A stretch of DNA of 63,792 nt, filler included, from an uncultured bacterium (lineage in GTDB: Bacteria; Latescibacterota; UBA2968), in NCBI GenBank assembly GCA_964471275.1. It is 4 parts of 4 records of this genome, joined end to end, with 100 filler letters (N's around TTAATTAATTAA, not from the genome) between each part and the next. Parts side by side here need not be neighbours in the genome. Positions count along the whole stretch, not along the records: positions 1 to 17,366 come from CAYYGZ010000082.1; positions 17,467 to 34,821 come from CAYYGZ010000083.1; 2 more parts are not named here. One strand, given 5' to 3'. This document shows positions 9,711 to 20,122 of the stretch, piece by piece; the stretch's first letter is position 1, and each line of letters opens with the position of its first letter. The notes beneath the pieces were generated by a model. It was not told the DNA's origin, did not search any database, and saw only the letters and a program-made list of their open reading frames with translations. Position numbers and translations under genes: made by a program.

Positions 9711-10480
9711 CGATCATCGGTGGCGGCGCCGGAACTGGGATCAGCGCCAAGTTCGAAGAGGAAGGCGGCGTCGACCTGATGGTCATCTACAATAGCGGTC
9801 GCTTCCGCATGGCGGGACGGGGGTCACTCTCCGGCACAATGCCTTACGGCGATGCCAACGCGATCGTCATGGAAATGGCTGGTGAGGTCCTGACCATCGT
9901 CGAAGACACGCCTGTCCTGGCCGGTGTGTGCGGAACGGACCCCTTCCGACAGATGCCCATCTTCCTGGAAGAGGTCCGCGACATCGGCTTCTCCGGCGTC
10001 CAGAATTTCCCGACGGTCGGTCTCATCGATGGAATGTATCGTCAGAACCTCGAAGAGACGGGCATGGGCTATGGACTGGAAGTCGATATGATCCGTACGG
10101 CACACGAAATGGATATGCTCACGACACCATACGCCTTCAATCCCGAGGAAGGCGCTCAGATGGCAGATGCTGGAGCCGATGTCGTTGTCGCCCACATGGG
10201 TCTCACCACAAAGGGCGCCATCGGCGCTACCACAGCTTTGACACTTGAGCAGGCACCCGCAGCCGTCCAGGCAATCTGCGATGCGGCACGAGGCGTTCGC
10301 GAAAACGCCATCGTTCTTTGCCACGGGGGACCGATCTCGATGCCGGAGGACGCGGCTTACGTCCTTCAGAACACCGACGGCGTAAACGGGTTCTACGGCG
10401 CCAGTAGCATGGAACGGCTTCCAGTCGAGACGGCCATCTCCGAGCAGATGAGGCAATTCAAGGCCATCCGGTTCCAGTAG
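9650..10480 (+). CDS. TIM-barrel signal-transduction / PEP-hydrolase-like protein (Tm-1 C-terminal homologue)
   Basis: [46 protein letters not shown] and GASSMERLP motifs. Confidence 0.93.
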   Translation: MAFTRQEILTRLRKHIDNGIPIIGGGAGTGISAKFEEEGGVDLMVIYNSGRFRMAGRGSLSGTMPYGDANAIVMEMAGEVLTIVEDTPVLAGVCGTDPFRQMPIFLEEVRDIGFSGVQNFPTVGLIDGMYRQNLEETGMGYGLEVDMIRTAHEMDMLTTPYAFNPEEGAQMADAGADVVVAHMGLTTKGAIGATTALTLEQAPAAVQAICDAARGVRENAIVLCHGGPISMPEDAAYVLQNTDGVNGFYGASSMERLPVETAISEQMRQFKAIRFQ

Positions 10481-10670
10481 AGAAGCCTATCCATCGTGAG
10501 ACATCACCGCTCGGGACAGAGTTGAACGGAACAGATCCGGAGAACCGGAACCGTTCCACAGGCGAACCCGTTGATGGCTCGCGGGAATTCGGGGCCGGTT
10601 TGCTCCACCCACAATCCATACCTATCTTGGGCTTGAAGGAGAGCCTCCCCCCACATTTCACGGGGTAGAT

Positions 10671-11372
10671 ATGATGGGATACAGGATTGGCATCGTATTG
10701 ACGTTTGCCTTCGCCTGCAGCAAGCAGCAGCCACCCCCCGAGCCGGTGCAGCTTGCCGAGCTCATGAAGACACACTTTGCGCACGCGGAAGACATGCGAG
10801 ACGCGATCGTTAACGGTGACTTTGTTACACTGCACGATCGGGCAAGAGCTCTGGCTGAACCGGTGCCAGTGGCGGATCTCCCCGAGGCGTGGGACGAGCA
10901 TCTTGGGGCTATACGGGCCACGGCTCGCAACATCGTTGGCGAATACAGTCCCGAAAAGGCGGCGATCGGCTTCGCCAATCTCGCACAGACATGCGCGAAT
11001 TGTCACCAGATGACAGGATCGAGCCTTCCCATCGCAACATACCCAATCCCGCCGGCCGACGCCGATATCCAGACACACATGCTCCGCCACGCGTGGGCAG
11101 CTGCGCGGATGTGGGAGGGACTGATAGCTCCGTCGGACGAAAGATGGGAAGCAGGGGCAAAGATTGTGGCCGCGGAACCGCTCGAGCCAAAAACATACCT
11201 GGGTAAATCAGGGCCCGCGAGTCTGGCTGCAATGGGTGAGAACCTGCACAGGATCGGGATAAACGCGGTCAGCACGAAGACACAGACCGATCGCGCCAGG
11301 ATTTACGCCGATTTCATCGGGAAATGCTCAACCTGTCACGGAGCTGTCAGGAACGCCAAGTCGCAACAGTAG
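10671..11372 (+). CDS. Dihaem c-type cytochrome lipoprotein (helical, cytochrome c'-like repeats)
   Basis: Lipobox FAFAC; CANCH and CSTCH haem motifs. Confidence 0.8.
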   Translation: MMGYRIGIVLTFAFACSKQQPPPEPVQLAELMKTHFAHAEDMRDAIVNGDFVTLHDRARALAEPVPVADLPEAWDEHLGAIRATARNIVGEYSPEKAAIGFANLAQTCANCHQMTGSSLPIATYPIPPADADIQTHMLRHAWAAARMWEGLIAPSDERWEAGAKIVAAEPLEPKTYLGKSGPASLAAMGENLHRIGINAVSTKTQTDRARIYADFIGKCSTCHGAVRNAKSQQ

Positions 11373-11563
11373 AAACGTCACCGTGGTGGGTCCGGCCTGA
11401 GCCTATCAACTACGCGCGACGACTGCTCGTTGTTTTGGCGGTGCCCACACCCGGGTCTTGTCGGCACTCCTGATGGCCCATTCATGCCGTCTTGTGATTG
11501 AACACAAGGCGGCAGATTCACGACAGACGAGCATCCTCCCCTTGGCCCGAGCCAGGACGAGAA

Positions 11564-12682
11564 TTGAGAATCACGGATATCAAGGTTCGCCGACTCAAGT
11601 TGATTGAAGAAGTAGGCGAATTGGTTCCTGCCTGGCCAGGAAGGAGCGTGGCCTTCCGTCGCGGCGGCGGATCCTTTGTCGAGATTCAAACCAATGAAGG
11701 CTTGACGGGCATCGGCCCCGGCACGGACCCCTCCCTTGCAGAATCCGCAAAACAGCACCTCCTTGGAAGAAACCCGTTCGACATCGAGCGACTCGCCGAG
11801 CATCTGGGACATTACGCCAGGGGACGGGGATACAACGGCGCGGCCGGCTTCGACATAGCACTGTGGGACCTGATCGGAAAAGCAAGTGGGCAACCCCTTG
11901 TTAGCGTGTTCGGCGGCGGAGATGAAGCGGTCGTACCCTATGCCAGCATGATTCGGCTGAGTGAACCGACTGAGCGGGCGGAGATGGCCGGAGGGCTGCA
12001 GTCTGAGGGTTGGCGGGCGATCAAGCTTCGTCTGCATCACGACACGATCGCTGAGGACATCGATACCGTGCGCCGGGTTCGCGAAGCCGTCGGTGAGAGC
12101 ATGGCCATCGGGGTCGATGCCAACCAGGCGCAGTCCGCGAGCAGCTGGCAGCCCGGTGTACGGTGGGACTATCAGCGAGCCCTACAAACCGCGCAGGAGC
12201 TCACTTCGCTTGACATCATCTGGCTGGAGGAGCCTCTCCCCCGCTACGCCTTTGACGACATCGCTCGTCTCAACGATGCCGTTTCACTCCCCATCGCCGG
12301 CGGAGAGAACAATGTCGGTCTGCACGAATTCACACGCATGGTCCGTGAGAACGTCTATGACGTGCTGCAGCCGGAAAGCATGGTAAACAACGGAATCACC
12401 ACACTTCGCAAGATCGGGACACTCGCCGAAGCCTTCGGCAAGAAATGTGTACCCCACCACGGCGGCGGCGACATCGGTGTGATCGCACACCTGCATCTTG
12501 TCGCCTCCTGGCCGCACGCGCCATACCTCGAGCTGCTTCACGATCCGCCCGTCGGCGACTACCGCCACAGGTTCTCAATCTTCGCGGACACGCCTCAAGT
12601 CGAATCAGGCCTCCTGAAGGTGCCGCAGGGGCCTGGATTGGGGATTGCAATCGACCCTGACCTCATTGCGTCCGATGATTAG
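11564..12682 (+). CDS. Mandelate racemase/muconate lactonizing enzyme family protein
   Basis: DIALWDLIGK, KLR, DANQ, EEP, GEN and PHH motifs; TTG start at LRITDIKV. Confidence 0.9.
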   Translation: MRITDIKVRRLKLIEEVGELVPAWPGRSVAFRRGGGSFVEIQTNEGLTGIGPGTDPSLAESAKQHLLGRNPFDIERLAEHLGHYARGRGYNGAAGFDIALWDLIGKASGQPLVSVFGGGDEAVVPYASMIRLSEPTERAEMAGGLQSEGWRAIKLRLHHDTIAEDIDTVRRVREAVGESMAIGVDANQAQSASSWQPGVRWDYQRALQTAQELTSLDIIWLEEPLPRYAFDDIARLNDAVSLPIAGGENNVGLHEFTRMVRENVYDVLQPESMVNNGITTLRKIGTLAEAFGKKCVPHHGGGDIGVIAHLHLVASWPHAPYLELLHDPPVGDYRHRFSIFADTPQVESGLLKVPQGPGLGIAIDPDLIASDD

Positions 12683-12727
12683 CCCCTTCCGGAAAGTCCC
12701 GACGGCAGCCCCAGAAGCCCTTTCTCG

Positions 12728-13537
12728 ATGACCGATCAGGAGATTCAAGCCAGCTATTGTTGCGGTTTCACAAGGCTGTCAATCTGGTATGCGAGAAAGC
12801 GTATCCTGGCGGGGATCAGCGATTTCGAGAACACGTTGAATGAGCGAGTGGACATCTTCCGGAATACTTCTCTGTCCAAGAATGGCGTGCATCCGACAAA
12901 GGGTGACGTTATTCCGGAGTGGAACGCTCTTCTGGAACAGGTGGAGAGAATATTCAACCGGCACATCGGTGACGAAGACACTTCAGATCTCGAGCAAAAG
13001 AGTCTCGAAATCTTCTGGCCCGTGATCGAACCGCGTGTTAAATCATACAAGCGCTGGAAACCCACGCTGGCGGATCGTCCCTACGAGTCCTGGTCCTGCA
13101 ACTTCCGGGAAAACTACGTCAACATCCATATCGGAAACATCTACGCCCCCGATTCACCGCTGAGTGAAAAGCGCGTTCAGTTCGCGGCTGCGCTGATCCG
13201 ACTTCTCGAGGATGCGGAGCAGAGCGGAAAGGGCACCGACCGTGTCTGCTGCGGCAGCTGGCTCAACTCGGTCCCAACCTTTCTCGACCTCTTCACGGAT
13301 GACTGGAAATCCAGCGGTCGCGCCAGCCGCAACGTACGCTACACGCTGGGACACTGGGGTCAGTTTACCGATCGTCGAGGGAATTTCCACGCCCGGAACG
13401 GCGCCCGCTTCCGCGAACAGAACGATTTCCCCTACCCCTCGCTCACCTGTGAGGATAGCATCGACGCCGCCCTGGACCACCTCCGCTCATCATTCCCCGA
13501 AGCCCTGATCCACAACAGGACCTATCACAACAGATAG
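12728..13537 (+). CDS. Hypothetical protein, possibly a distant GNAT-like acyltransferase
   Basis: 269-aa ORF co-oriented with its neighbour; IHI...SPL and C-G-SWLN motifs. Confidence 0.6.
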   Translation: MTDQEIQASYCCGFTRLSIWYARKRILAGISDFENTLNERVDIFRNTSLSKNGVHPTKGDVIPEWNALLEQVERIFNRHIGDEDTSDLEQKSLEIFWPVIEPRVKSYKRWKPTLADRPYESWSCNFRENYVNIHIGNIYAPDSPLSEKRVQFAAALIRLLEDAEQSGKGTDRVCCGSWLNSVPTFLDLFTDDWKSSGRASRNVRYTLGHWGQFTDRRGNFHARNGARFREQNDFPYPSLTCEDSIDAALDHLRSSFPEALIHNRTYHNR

Positions 13538-13616
13538 CCTGCGACCCCCAACACCACGTATCTCATCCATCACTTCTTTAGCAGCTTGTCACTTGTCATT
13601 TGAATCTGGTCACTGC

Positions 13617-14083
13617 CTAGATCAACTCCGGCGTATACCCCGCCCTGGACGTATTCTCCAACACCACACGCGTATCCACAAACTGCGGCAGATAACCGGG
13701 TCCCCAGCCTTGTGCCCTGATCCGCTCAGCCTGAGCCCACCGAACAGTTGACGACCCACAATTGCGCCCGCGCTGCCGCGATTCAGATACAGGTTTCGTG
13801 CCCTGAACGATGTTCTCACCTTCTCCAGATGGCTGGGCAGTCTTGAGCAGACTGCTCCCGTCAGGGCAAACTCGGTGTTATATGCGAGATGGATCGCCTC
13901 ATCGAGCGTGGCAACACGCGCTACGGCCACCACCGGCCCAAAGAGTTCATCTTGCATAATCCAATGGTCAGGATCTTCGACACGGAAGACAGAGGGCGCC
14001 TGCCCTTGTACCCCCGTCAGCAGCTCCGTCCCATACGCCAGGATCCGCGCTTCCGTGTTCTCCTCGTCACCCACTGCGGCCAC
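13617..14083 (-). pseudogene. Remnant of the P5C dehydrogenase (PutA/RocA-type aldehyde dehydrogenase) C-terminus
   Basis: DELFGPV, FALTGAVCSR, NLYLNRGSAGAIVGRQLFGG..LSG.GHKAG, then a frameshift into GPGYLPQFVDTRVVLENTSRRG. The N-terminal and catalytic parts are missing. Confidence 0.85.
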
Positions 14084-14237
14084 CTTCCCGTCTTCTTCCT
14101 TGCCCCGCCAGCGTGTCTGTGTGACAGTGAGTCACTCATTGATCATTGATTTTCGACCACTGCCTCTCTTCCTGTACAATACCCGATCCGAGATCTGCCA
14201 ATGGGGTTCAAATCTTTGGACTCGCCTTTCTTCATCC

Positions 14238-16598
14238 TCACCCCACTTCGACCCCTTCTCCCGCCCGCAGTTCCACCTCCCTCAGATCCTCTCCGCCCTG
14301 AACTCTCACCAAGACAGATCTATCGCACTCGGCACTTAACCTCGCCTCAGAAAATTCCCCATCCTTCCACGCCACATCAACCTCGATCGCTCCCCTCGCC
14401 TTCAGACCCGTCACCTTCCCATTCTCCCAACACTCGGGTAAAGCCGGTAACAGATGAATCTCCCCGGTGTGGCTTTGCAGGAGCATCTCCGCAATCCCGG
14501 CCGTTGCTCCGAAGTTCCCGTCGATCTGGAAGGGCGGATGCGCGTCGAACAGATTCGGATATACCCCGCCTCCCCGATACTGCGTGTCCCGGCGGTCAAC
14601 AGGCGTCAGCATATTCTGGATCATCCGATGGGCGTTGTCCCCGTTCTCGAGCCGCGCCCAGAAGTTGATCTTCCACGCCATGGACCAGCCTGTCCCGCCA
14701 AATCCGCGCAGTTCAAGTGATTGCCTTGCTGCCTCAAACAGCGCCGGCGTTCCTCGTTTCGTGATCTGACTCCCTGGATGCAGCCCGTAAAGATGCGAAA
14801 CGTGGCGATGTTCATCCTCAGGATCGTCCCAATCCTTGAACCACTCCTGAAGCTGACCATGCTGACCAATTCTCGGCGGAAGCAGGTTTGGCAATGCCGC
14901 TTCGATTCGACCAACGAACTCATCACGGACCGCCAGAATCTCCGATGCGCTGACGACATTAGTGAACAGCTCACGGATGATGGCCATATCCATGGTCGAT
15001 CCCATGCTGATCGCGCATCCCGGAGCAAACGTGTTCTCCGGCGAATTCGAAACGGGCGTCAGAAGACAACCCTCATCATCCTCGATCAGCCAGGCCAGAA
15101 GGAACTCGGCGGCTCCTCGCATCAGCGGATAGGCCCGGTCCTTTAGAAAGGTGGTATCACCCGTGAATTGATACCGCTCCCACAAGTGGGCGCACAGCCA
15201 GCCGCCGCAGACATTCCACATGGCCGCCTGCGCATTGCCGTCGACCGGATCTGTGTTCCGCCAGGCGGTCACGTTGTGGTGCGTCACCCATCCCGGCAAT
15301 CCATACGACTCCCTGGCCGTAATCGCACCGTTCACGGCACACTCAGCGATCAACTCGAACAGCGGACCGTGGCATTCCGATAGGTTCGTGATCTCTGCCG
15401 GCCAGTAGTTCATTTCTGTGTTGATATTGGTCGTGTAGGCACCGCACCACGGTGGAATCACCTCCTCATTCCAGATCCCCTGCAGGTTCAACGGCTGCGT
15501 GCCGGATCGGGACCCGCTGATCATGAGGTATCGACCATACTGAAAAACCAGAGCCACGAGACCCGGATCTTGTTTACCGTCGTAGTCACGAACACGACGG
15601 TCTGTCGGGACGGTGTCCCGAGCGTCGCCGAGATCGATCGTCACCCGTCGATAAAGTCCCTGGTAATCCGATACGTGTTCCCGCATCAGGTCATCGAATG
15701 AGCGTCCGCACAGGGCCTTCAGATCTTGTGCAACGTCGCGGCTCTCCTTCCGTCCATCGCGGCTCGGACTCCGATCAAACCCGTTGTAGCTGGACCGAGC
15801 TGTCAGTACCAGCACGGTCTCTTCAGCATCGTGAATCTGAATCCCCTGACCGTCAACCACGACCTTCCCGTCGGTCGAAAGCACGCAGACTCGAGCGTCG
15901 AATCGGACGCCAGAGTTATCAACATCCTCCCCATAGAGAACCGGGGCCGCAAAGGAGTGCCGTTTCGTCTCTGAGTCCCAAATCTCCGGATACTTCCCTG
16001 TCTGCCCTCTTTCCTCGACCAGTTCGAGGTCGCGTCGCAACACGACTCCGGGCAATTGCCCCCTCATGGAGAGAGTCCTTTCAGCCGTCTCCTTGTGCAC
16101 GACCGGATGTTGAGACGACAGGGAGACACGAAACCTCGACCGAGCTCCGGACAGCCTGATGATGATCGCGTCGGCCGGGTGCGATGCGAAGACCTCTTGC
16201 AGGAATGGGCTTCCTGATCGACTCCAGACAGATGAGGTTACGGCTCGGTCGATATCCAGTTCACGTCGGTATTCTGAGATTACATCCACCTTCTCGTGGG
16301 AGATGATCAGATCACCTAGCGGCTGATAGCACTGCTGACACCTTCCGAGCCAGTTCTCGGTGATAAACGTGTGGGCACGCTCGTATTCACCGTCTCTCAG
16401 CCATTGCACGACCGGGTCATACATCGACCGAATGTCCACCACACCGACGGGAAGCGGCTCGCCGGAATACAGCGAATCCTCATTCAGTGCGATCCGTTCT
16501 TCCACCGCTGACCCGAAGACCATCCCACCCAGTCGGCCATTCCCGATCGGCATTGCCTCCACCCATTTCTCCGCAGGTCGATCATACCACAGCTTCAT
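14238..16598 (-). CDS. Glycoside hydrolase family 95 alpha-L-fucosidase
   Basis: LWYDRPA..W.EAMPIGNGRLG, FQYGRYLMIS, NINTEMNYW, HRHVSHL and HPPFQIDGNFG motifs. Confidence 0.95.
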   Translation of the reverse strand: MKLWYDRPAEKWVEAMPIGNGRLGGMVFGSAVEERIALNEDSLYSGEPLPVGVVDIRSMYDPVVQWLRDGEYERAHTFITENWLGRCQQCYQPLGDLIISHEKVDVISEYRRELDIDRAVTSSVWSRSGSPFLQEVFASHPADAIIIRLSGARSRFRVSLSSQHPVVHKETAERTLSMRGQLPGVVLRRDLELVEERGQTGKYPEIWDSETKRHSFAAPVLYGEDVDNSGVRFDARVCVLSTDGKVVVDGQGIQIHDAEETVLVLTARSSYNGFDRSPSRDGRKESRDVAQDLKALCGRSFDDLMREHVSDYQGLYRRVTIDLGDARDTVPTDRRVRDYDGKQDPGLVALVFQYGRYLMISGSRSGTQPLNLQGIWNEEVIPPWCGAYTTNINTEMNYWPAEITNLSECHGPLFELIAECAVNGAITARESYGLPGWVTHHNVTAWRNTDPVDGNAQAAMWNVCGGWLCAHLWERYQFTGDTTFLKDRAYPLMRGAAEFLLAWLIEDDEGCLLTPVSNSPENTFAPGCAISMGSTMDMAIIRELFTNVVSASEILAVRDEFVGRIEAALPNLLPPRIGQHGQLQEWFKDWDDPEDEHRHVSHLYGLHPGSQITKRGTPALFEAARQSLELRGFGGTGWSMAWKINFWARLENGDNAHRMIQNMLTPVDRRDTQYRGGGVYPNLFDAHPPFQIDGNFGATAGIAEMLLQSHTGEIHLLPALPECWENGKVTGLKARGAIEVDVAWKDGEFSEARLSAECDRSVLVRVQGGEDLREVELRAGEGVEVG

Positions 16599-17366
16599 CG
16601 ATTCACCTCTCTCATCGTCTCATACTCAAGCACATCTTTCACAACTGATGTCTCAGCCGAGTCGTCCAAGATCACAACGCGATACTGACCACCGCCAGGT
16701 GCGACACGTACCACGATGTGCCCCTGAGTACTCCTGTACGTGCGATCCAGTCTCGGACCAATCACTGCACGATTCGCCTCCATCATGTTCGTGGCAAACA
16801 GGTCCCGCTCTCCCGGATACAGATAGGTCGACGCGATTCTGTTAAACACACCTTGACCCGGATGGTCCGCGGACCAGCTATGCCCAATCCAGACACGAGG
16901 CTGCATCGTCGCCACATAGTGCTCGTTGTGGGTGTCGCGGTGTCCGTGGTGATTCAAAATGGCTACGTCCACTGCCCCCACCGCATCTGCGACCGGGGAT
17001 TCCACATCGAACCAGTCAGGCTTCCCCATCTCCACGATACCCGTAATATCCCCACCCGTGAAATAGCTGAAGTCACCATACTGCATCACACCCACACAGC
17101 TGCAGGTGTTCTCGTTCGGTAATTGGTGCGGATCGATCTCGCTGACAGGAGGAAACAGATGGCGAGTATCCGAGCCCTGCCCGGTCCAGATCTCGCCATT
17201 GCAAGCGACATTACGAAACCTGAATCCGGGATAGGATCTGTTGTCTCTCAGCAGTGTGATCTGATCGTCTCTCCCTGGAGCAAATCGAGAAACATCCACC
17301 GCTCTTTCATCCCTGTGCCAGTTCAGGAACGCGAGATAATTTTCCTCTGAATTTTGCGTGTTTGCG
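16595..17366 (-). CDS. Metallo-beta-lactamase-fold (ComEC-like) hydrolase, 5' truncated by the contig end
   Basis: NENT..., YFTGGD and NHHG motifs; frame stays open to the gap. Confidence 0.75.
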
Positions 17367-17466
17367 NNNNNNNNNNNNNNNNNNNNNNNNNNNNNNNNNN
17401 NNNNNNNNNNTTAATTAATTAANNNNNNNNNNNNNNNNNNNNNNNNNNNNNNNNNNNNNNNNNNNN
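17367..17466. other. Artificial contig linker
   Basis: N run containing TTAATTAATTAA (stop codons in all frames). Confidence 0.99.
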
Positions 17467-17711
17467 CCGTCCGAGACGGCCTTGTCGATTTCGTAGGCCT
17501 AGGACGCGTTGTGCTCTCGTATCCGGACCTCCCGAAAGATGTCCTGACAGACGGTGAGCTCGTCACCCGGAAAATATGCCGTACCTTCAGTGACTGCACC
17601 ACGGCCCCGAGAAAGGGGATGATCTCCGGCTGCTTCCCGCTCGATCTGTTCTACAAGAAAACACCCGAAGGCAAGCGCCTCCGGGAAATAAAAAAAGAGA
17701 CGCCGCTCTAG
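17467..17711 (+). CDS. NADH:flavin oxidoreductase (OYE-like), C-terminal fragment
   Basis: [17 protein letters not shown]...[23 protein letters not shown]. Confidence 0.8.
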
Positions 17712-17737
17712 ATCGTCTCGGGTCTCACGTATCGTCT

Positions 17738-17775
17738 AACTGAAAGCGGGGCTCTTCGGAGTCCCGCTTTCAGTT
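17738..17775. terminator. Bidirectional intrinsic terminator
   Basis: aactgaaagcggggctc-TTCG-gagtcccgctttcagtt hairpin between convergent genes. Confidence 0.88.
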
Positions 17776-17776
17776 A

Positions 17777-18586
17777 TTACAGTCTGTCGCTCCCTCCCTG
17801 CTCCTTCAGAACAAACACCTCTTCCAGGTTCGAAAAATTCACTCCCGGCGTCAAGATGACCTCCCGGAACAGGCCCTGCTCCTCATCTCCCACCTCGGTG
17901 ACGGTTCCGACGTGCAAGCCGCCCGGAAAGATCCCCCCGAGACCGCTCGAAACCACCACGTCACCTTCCTCGACCACACTTCTCAGCGGAACATGACAGA
18001 GATGAAAGGTTCCATCCTCGACCATCACGATGCCCTGGGTTCGCGTATTCCGTTGAACGATGGCACTCACGCGGCAGTTGCGATCCAGAAGCAATTGCAC
18101 GATCGACGTCCAGGGATGGACTTCCAGAATGCGGCCAACCAACCCGTCCGCCGTGACCACGGGCATACGCTCGGCGACGCCGTCAGACTGTCCGATGTCG
18201 ATCAGGATGGTGTTGGTGATACGGTCGGGATCGCGTGCGATGACCTTTGAGGCGAGGTAGTCGCCGTCATCGCGGTTCGCAACCTTGAAGTTAAGAAGCC
18301 CCCGGAGGCGCTCGTTTTCGAGCTTTGCCTCCCTGATCTCGACAAGCTCCATAGAGAGACGCAGATTCTGTTCTCTCAAGACCTCGTTCTGGTAGCGGAG
18401 ATCCGCCAGCCCCATCGGCCAGGCGAAGACGCTGTGACCCGCCTTGAGCAACCCGGTCGTGACCGACCGCGCAAAACCCAGCTTCTCCGAATACCCCATA
18501 GCCATCAGACCCAGCGAGACCACGACCGCCAGTCCCAGCGCGATGTAGGCTCGCTGCTCGGCAATAAACTGGTAGACTCTCTGCAC
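17777..18586 (-). CDS. mreC: Rod shape-determining protein MreC
   Basis: Coiled coil ENERLRGLL; IDIGQSDGV..MPVV..DGLVGRI; SSGLGGIFPGG; downstream of mreB. Confidence 0.95.
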   Translation of the reverse strand: MQRVYQFIAEQRAYIALGLAVVVSLGLMAMGYSEKLGFARSVTTGLLKAGHSVFAWPMGLADLRYQNEVLREQNLRLSMELVEIREAKLENERLRGLLNFKVANRDDGDYLASKVIARDPDRITNTILIDIGQSDGVAERMPVVTADGLVGRILEVHPWTSIVQLLLDRNCRVSAIVQRNTRTQGIVMVEDGTFHLCHVPLRSVVEEGDVVVSSGLGGIFPGGLHVGTVTEVGDEEQGLFREVILTPGVNFSNLEEVFVLKEQGGSDRL

Positions 18587-18602
18587 GGGTCCGCCCGGGA
18601 GG

Positions 18603-19625
18603 CTAGATCAGAACTTTTTGGTAGATCGAAATATCCTCGAGCACTTTGCCCGTCCCACGCACCACGCAGGTCAAGGGATCATCGGCGACGATCACGGGAA
18701 GGCTGGTCTCTTCCACAAGCCGATTGTCCAGACCGCGTAGAAGCGCACCGCCGCCTGTCAGGATGATCCCACGATCCAGGATGTCTGCTGCGAGCTCTGG
18801 AGGGGTTTGCTCCAAGTTCTGCCGCACCGCCTCAATGATCGCATTGACCGGCTCGGCGAGTGCCTCACGAATTTCTGATGAATCCACGATGATCGTCTTG
18901 GGAATCGAAGACACCAGATCGAGACCACGACAGGTATGCTGGATCTCCTGATCGAGTACGCCCGCGGCGCCGATCGCGCACTTGATCTCTTCGGCGCTCC
19001 GCTCACCGACCATCAGGCTGTGCTTCCGCTTGAGGAACTGCGTGATAGAGTCGTTCAGCTCGTCCCCGGCCATCTTGATCGACTTCCAGGTCACGATACC
19101 CGACAGGGCGATCACGGCGATCTCCGTCGTCCCGCCACCGATATCGATCACCATAGAGCCGACCGGATCGCCAACGGGCAGACCGATGCCGATCGCGGCA
19201 GCCATCGGCTCCTTGATCAGATATACTTCTCGTGCTCCCGCTCGCTCCGCCGACTCGCGCACTGCACGCATCTCGACCGCCGACACACCGGAGGGAATGC
19301 AGATAACGATCCGGGGACGGACCAGCAGCTTGTTCTTCTGAACTTTCTTGATGAAATAGCGAAGCATCTCCTCAGTCACGTCGTAGTCCGCGATCACGCC
19401 GTCCCGCAGTGGTCTCACGACTTCGATATCGGGGTTCTCACGCCCCAACATCTCCTTGGCCTGACCTCCGATCGCGATCGGTTTCCCGGTGTTGCGGTCC
19501 AGTGCCACGATTGAGGGCTCGTTAACGACAATGCCCTGTCCCTTCACGTAGACCAGCGTGTTTGCCGTCCCGAGATCGATACCGATATCGTTCGACAGCC
19601 ATCCCGAAATAGAAAATGCCATCAC
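18603..19625 (-). CDS. mreB: Rod shape-determining protein MreB
   Basis: IGIDLGTANTL, PLRDGVIAD, DIGGGTTE and LTGGGALL motifs. Confidence 0.98.
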   Translation of the reverse strand: MMAFSISGWLSNDIGIDLGTANTLVYVKGQGIVVNEPSIVALDRNTGKPIAIGGQAKEMLGRENPDIEVVRPLRDGVIADYDVTEEMLRYFIKKVQKNKLLVRPRIVICIPSGVSAVEMRAVRESAERAGAREVYLIKEPMAAAIGIGLPVGDPVGSMVIDIGGGTTEIAVIALSGIVTWKSIKMAGDELNDSITQFLKRKHSLMVGERSAEEIKCAIGAAGVLDQEIQHTCRGLDLVSSIPKTIIVDSSEIREALAEPVNAIIEAVRQNLEQTPPELAADILDRGIILTGGGALLRGLDNRLVEETSLPVIVADDPLTCVVRGTGKVLEDISIYQKVLI

Positions 19626-19644
19626 TTCCCCTTGTTTACCTGCC

Positions 19645-20122
19645 TCATCCGATCAGGCGGTCACGTGCTTTCCTGTATTTGCTCAACGTCTACTGCACAA
19701 TCTCGTCTGGAAGAGCGGGCGCCGACGGTGTCGTGCCCAGTCGAGCGTCTCCAGATAGTTCCTCACAAACTGTTTGTCGAAGTTATCCTGCGATCGACAG
19801 GGCTCATAGATCTTCCTGTCCCAGAAGCGGGATGGAATCAGGCGACAGGATCTCGTCAATCAGAATGATCTCGCCGTTGTAGCGGCCGAACTCGAACTTG
19901 ATGTGCGCAAGGATCATGACGCGGCTCTCACCGTATTCCCGAGCCCACCCATACACGCTGAGCGTCAGATCGCGCAACTGCTCCGCCGTATGCAGAAATG
20001 CGATCCGTCGCGACGATCAGCAGACGATCATCGAGATCGTAGACGTCACGAACCTTCCCACAATGCCATAAGGGCACGTCACCCAGGTTTGATTCCAGAA
20101 TCTCTTCAGACATTTGGCTCAT
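19645..20122 (-). pseudogene. purC: SAICAR synthetase pseudogene (large internal deletion, frameshifts, in-frame stop)
   Basis: [20 protein letters not shown] jumps directly to [12 protein letters not shown]...ILAHIKFEFG...[10 protein letters not shown] / SRFW...[10 protein letters not shown]...[14 protein letters not shown] in shifting frames. Confidence 0.92.

Noticed and set aside
13586..13615. cttgtcacttgtcatttg short tandem repeat
   Set aside because: Two or three degenerate 7-mers only, with no associated element.
17411..17422. TTAATTAATTAA recurring about every 17.4 kb
   Set aside because: Artificial all-frame-stop linker embedded in N runs, not a biological repeat.
19645..20122. Programmed frameshifting or stop readthrough in purC
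   Set aside because: Several independent lesions plus a large deletion indicate decay rather than recoding.
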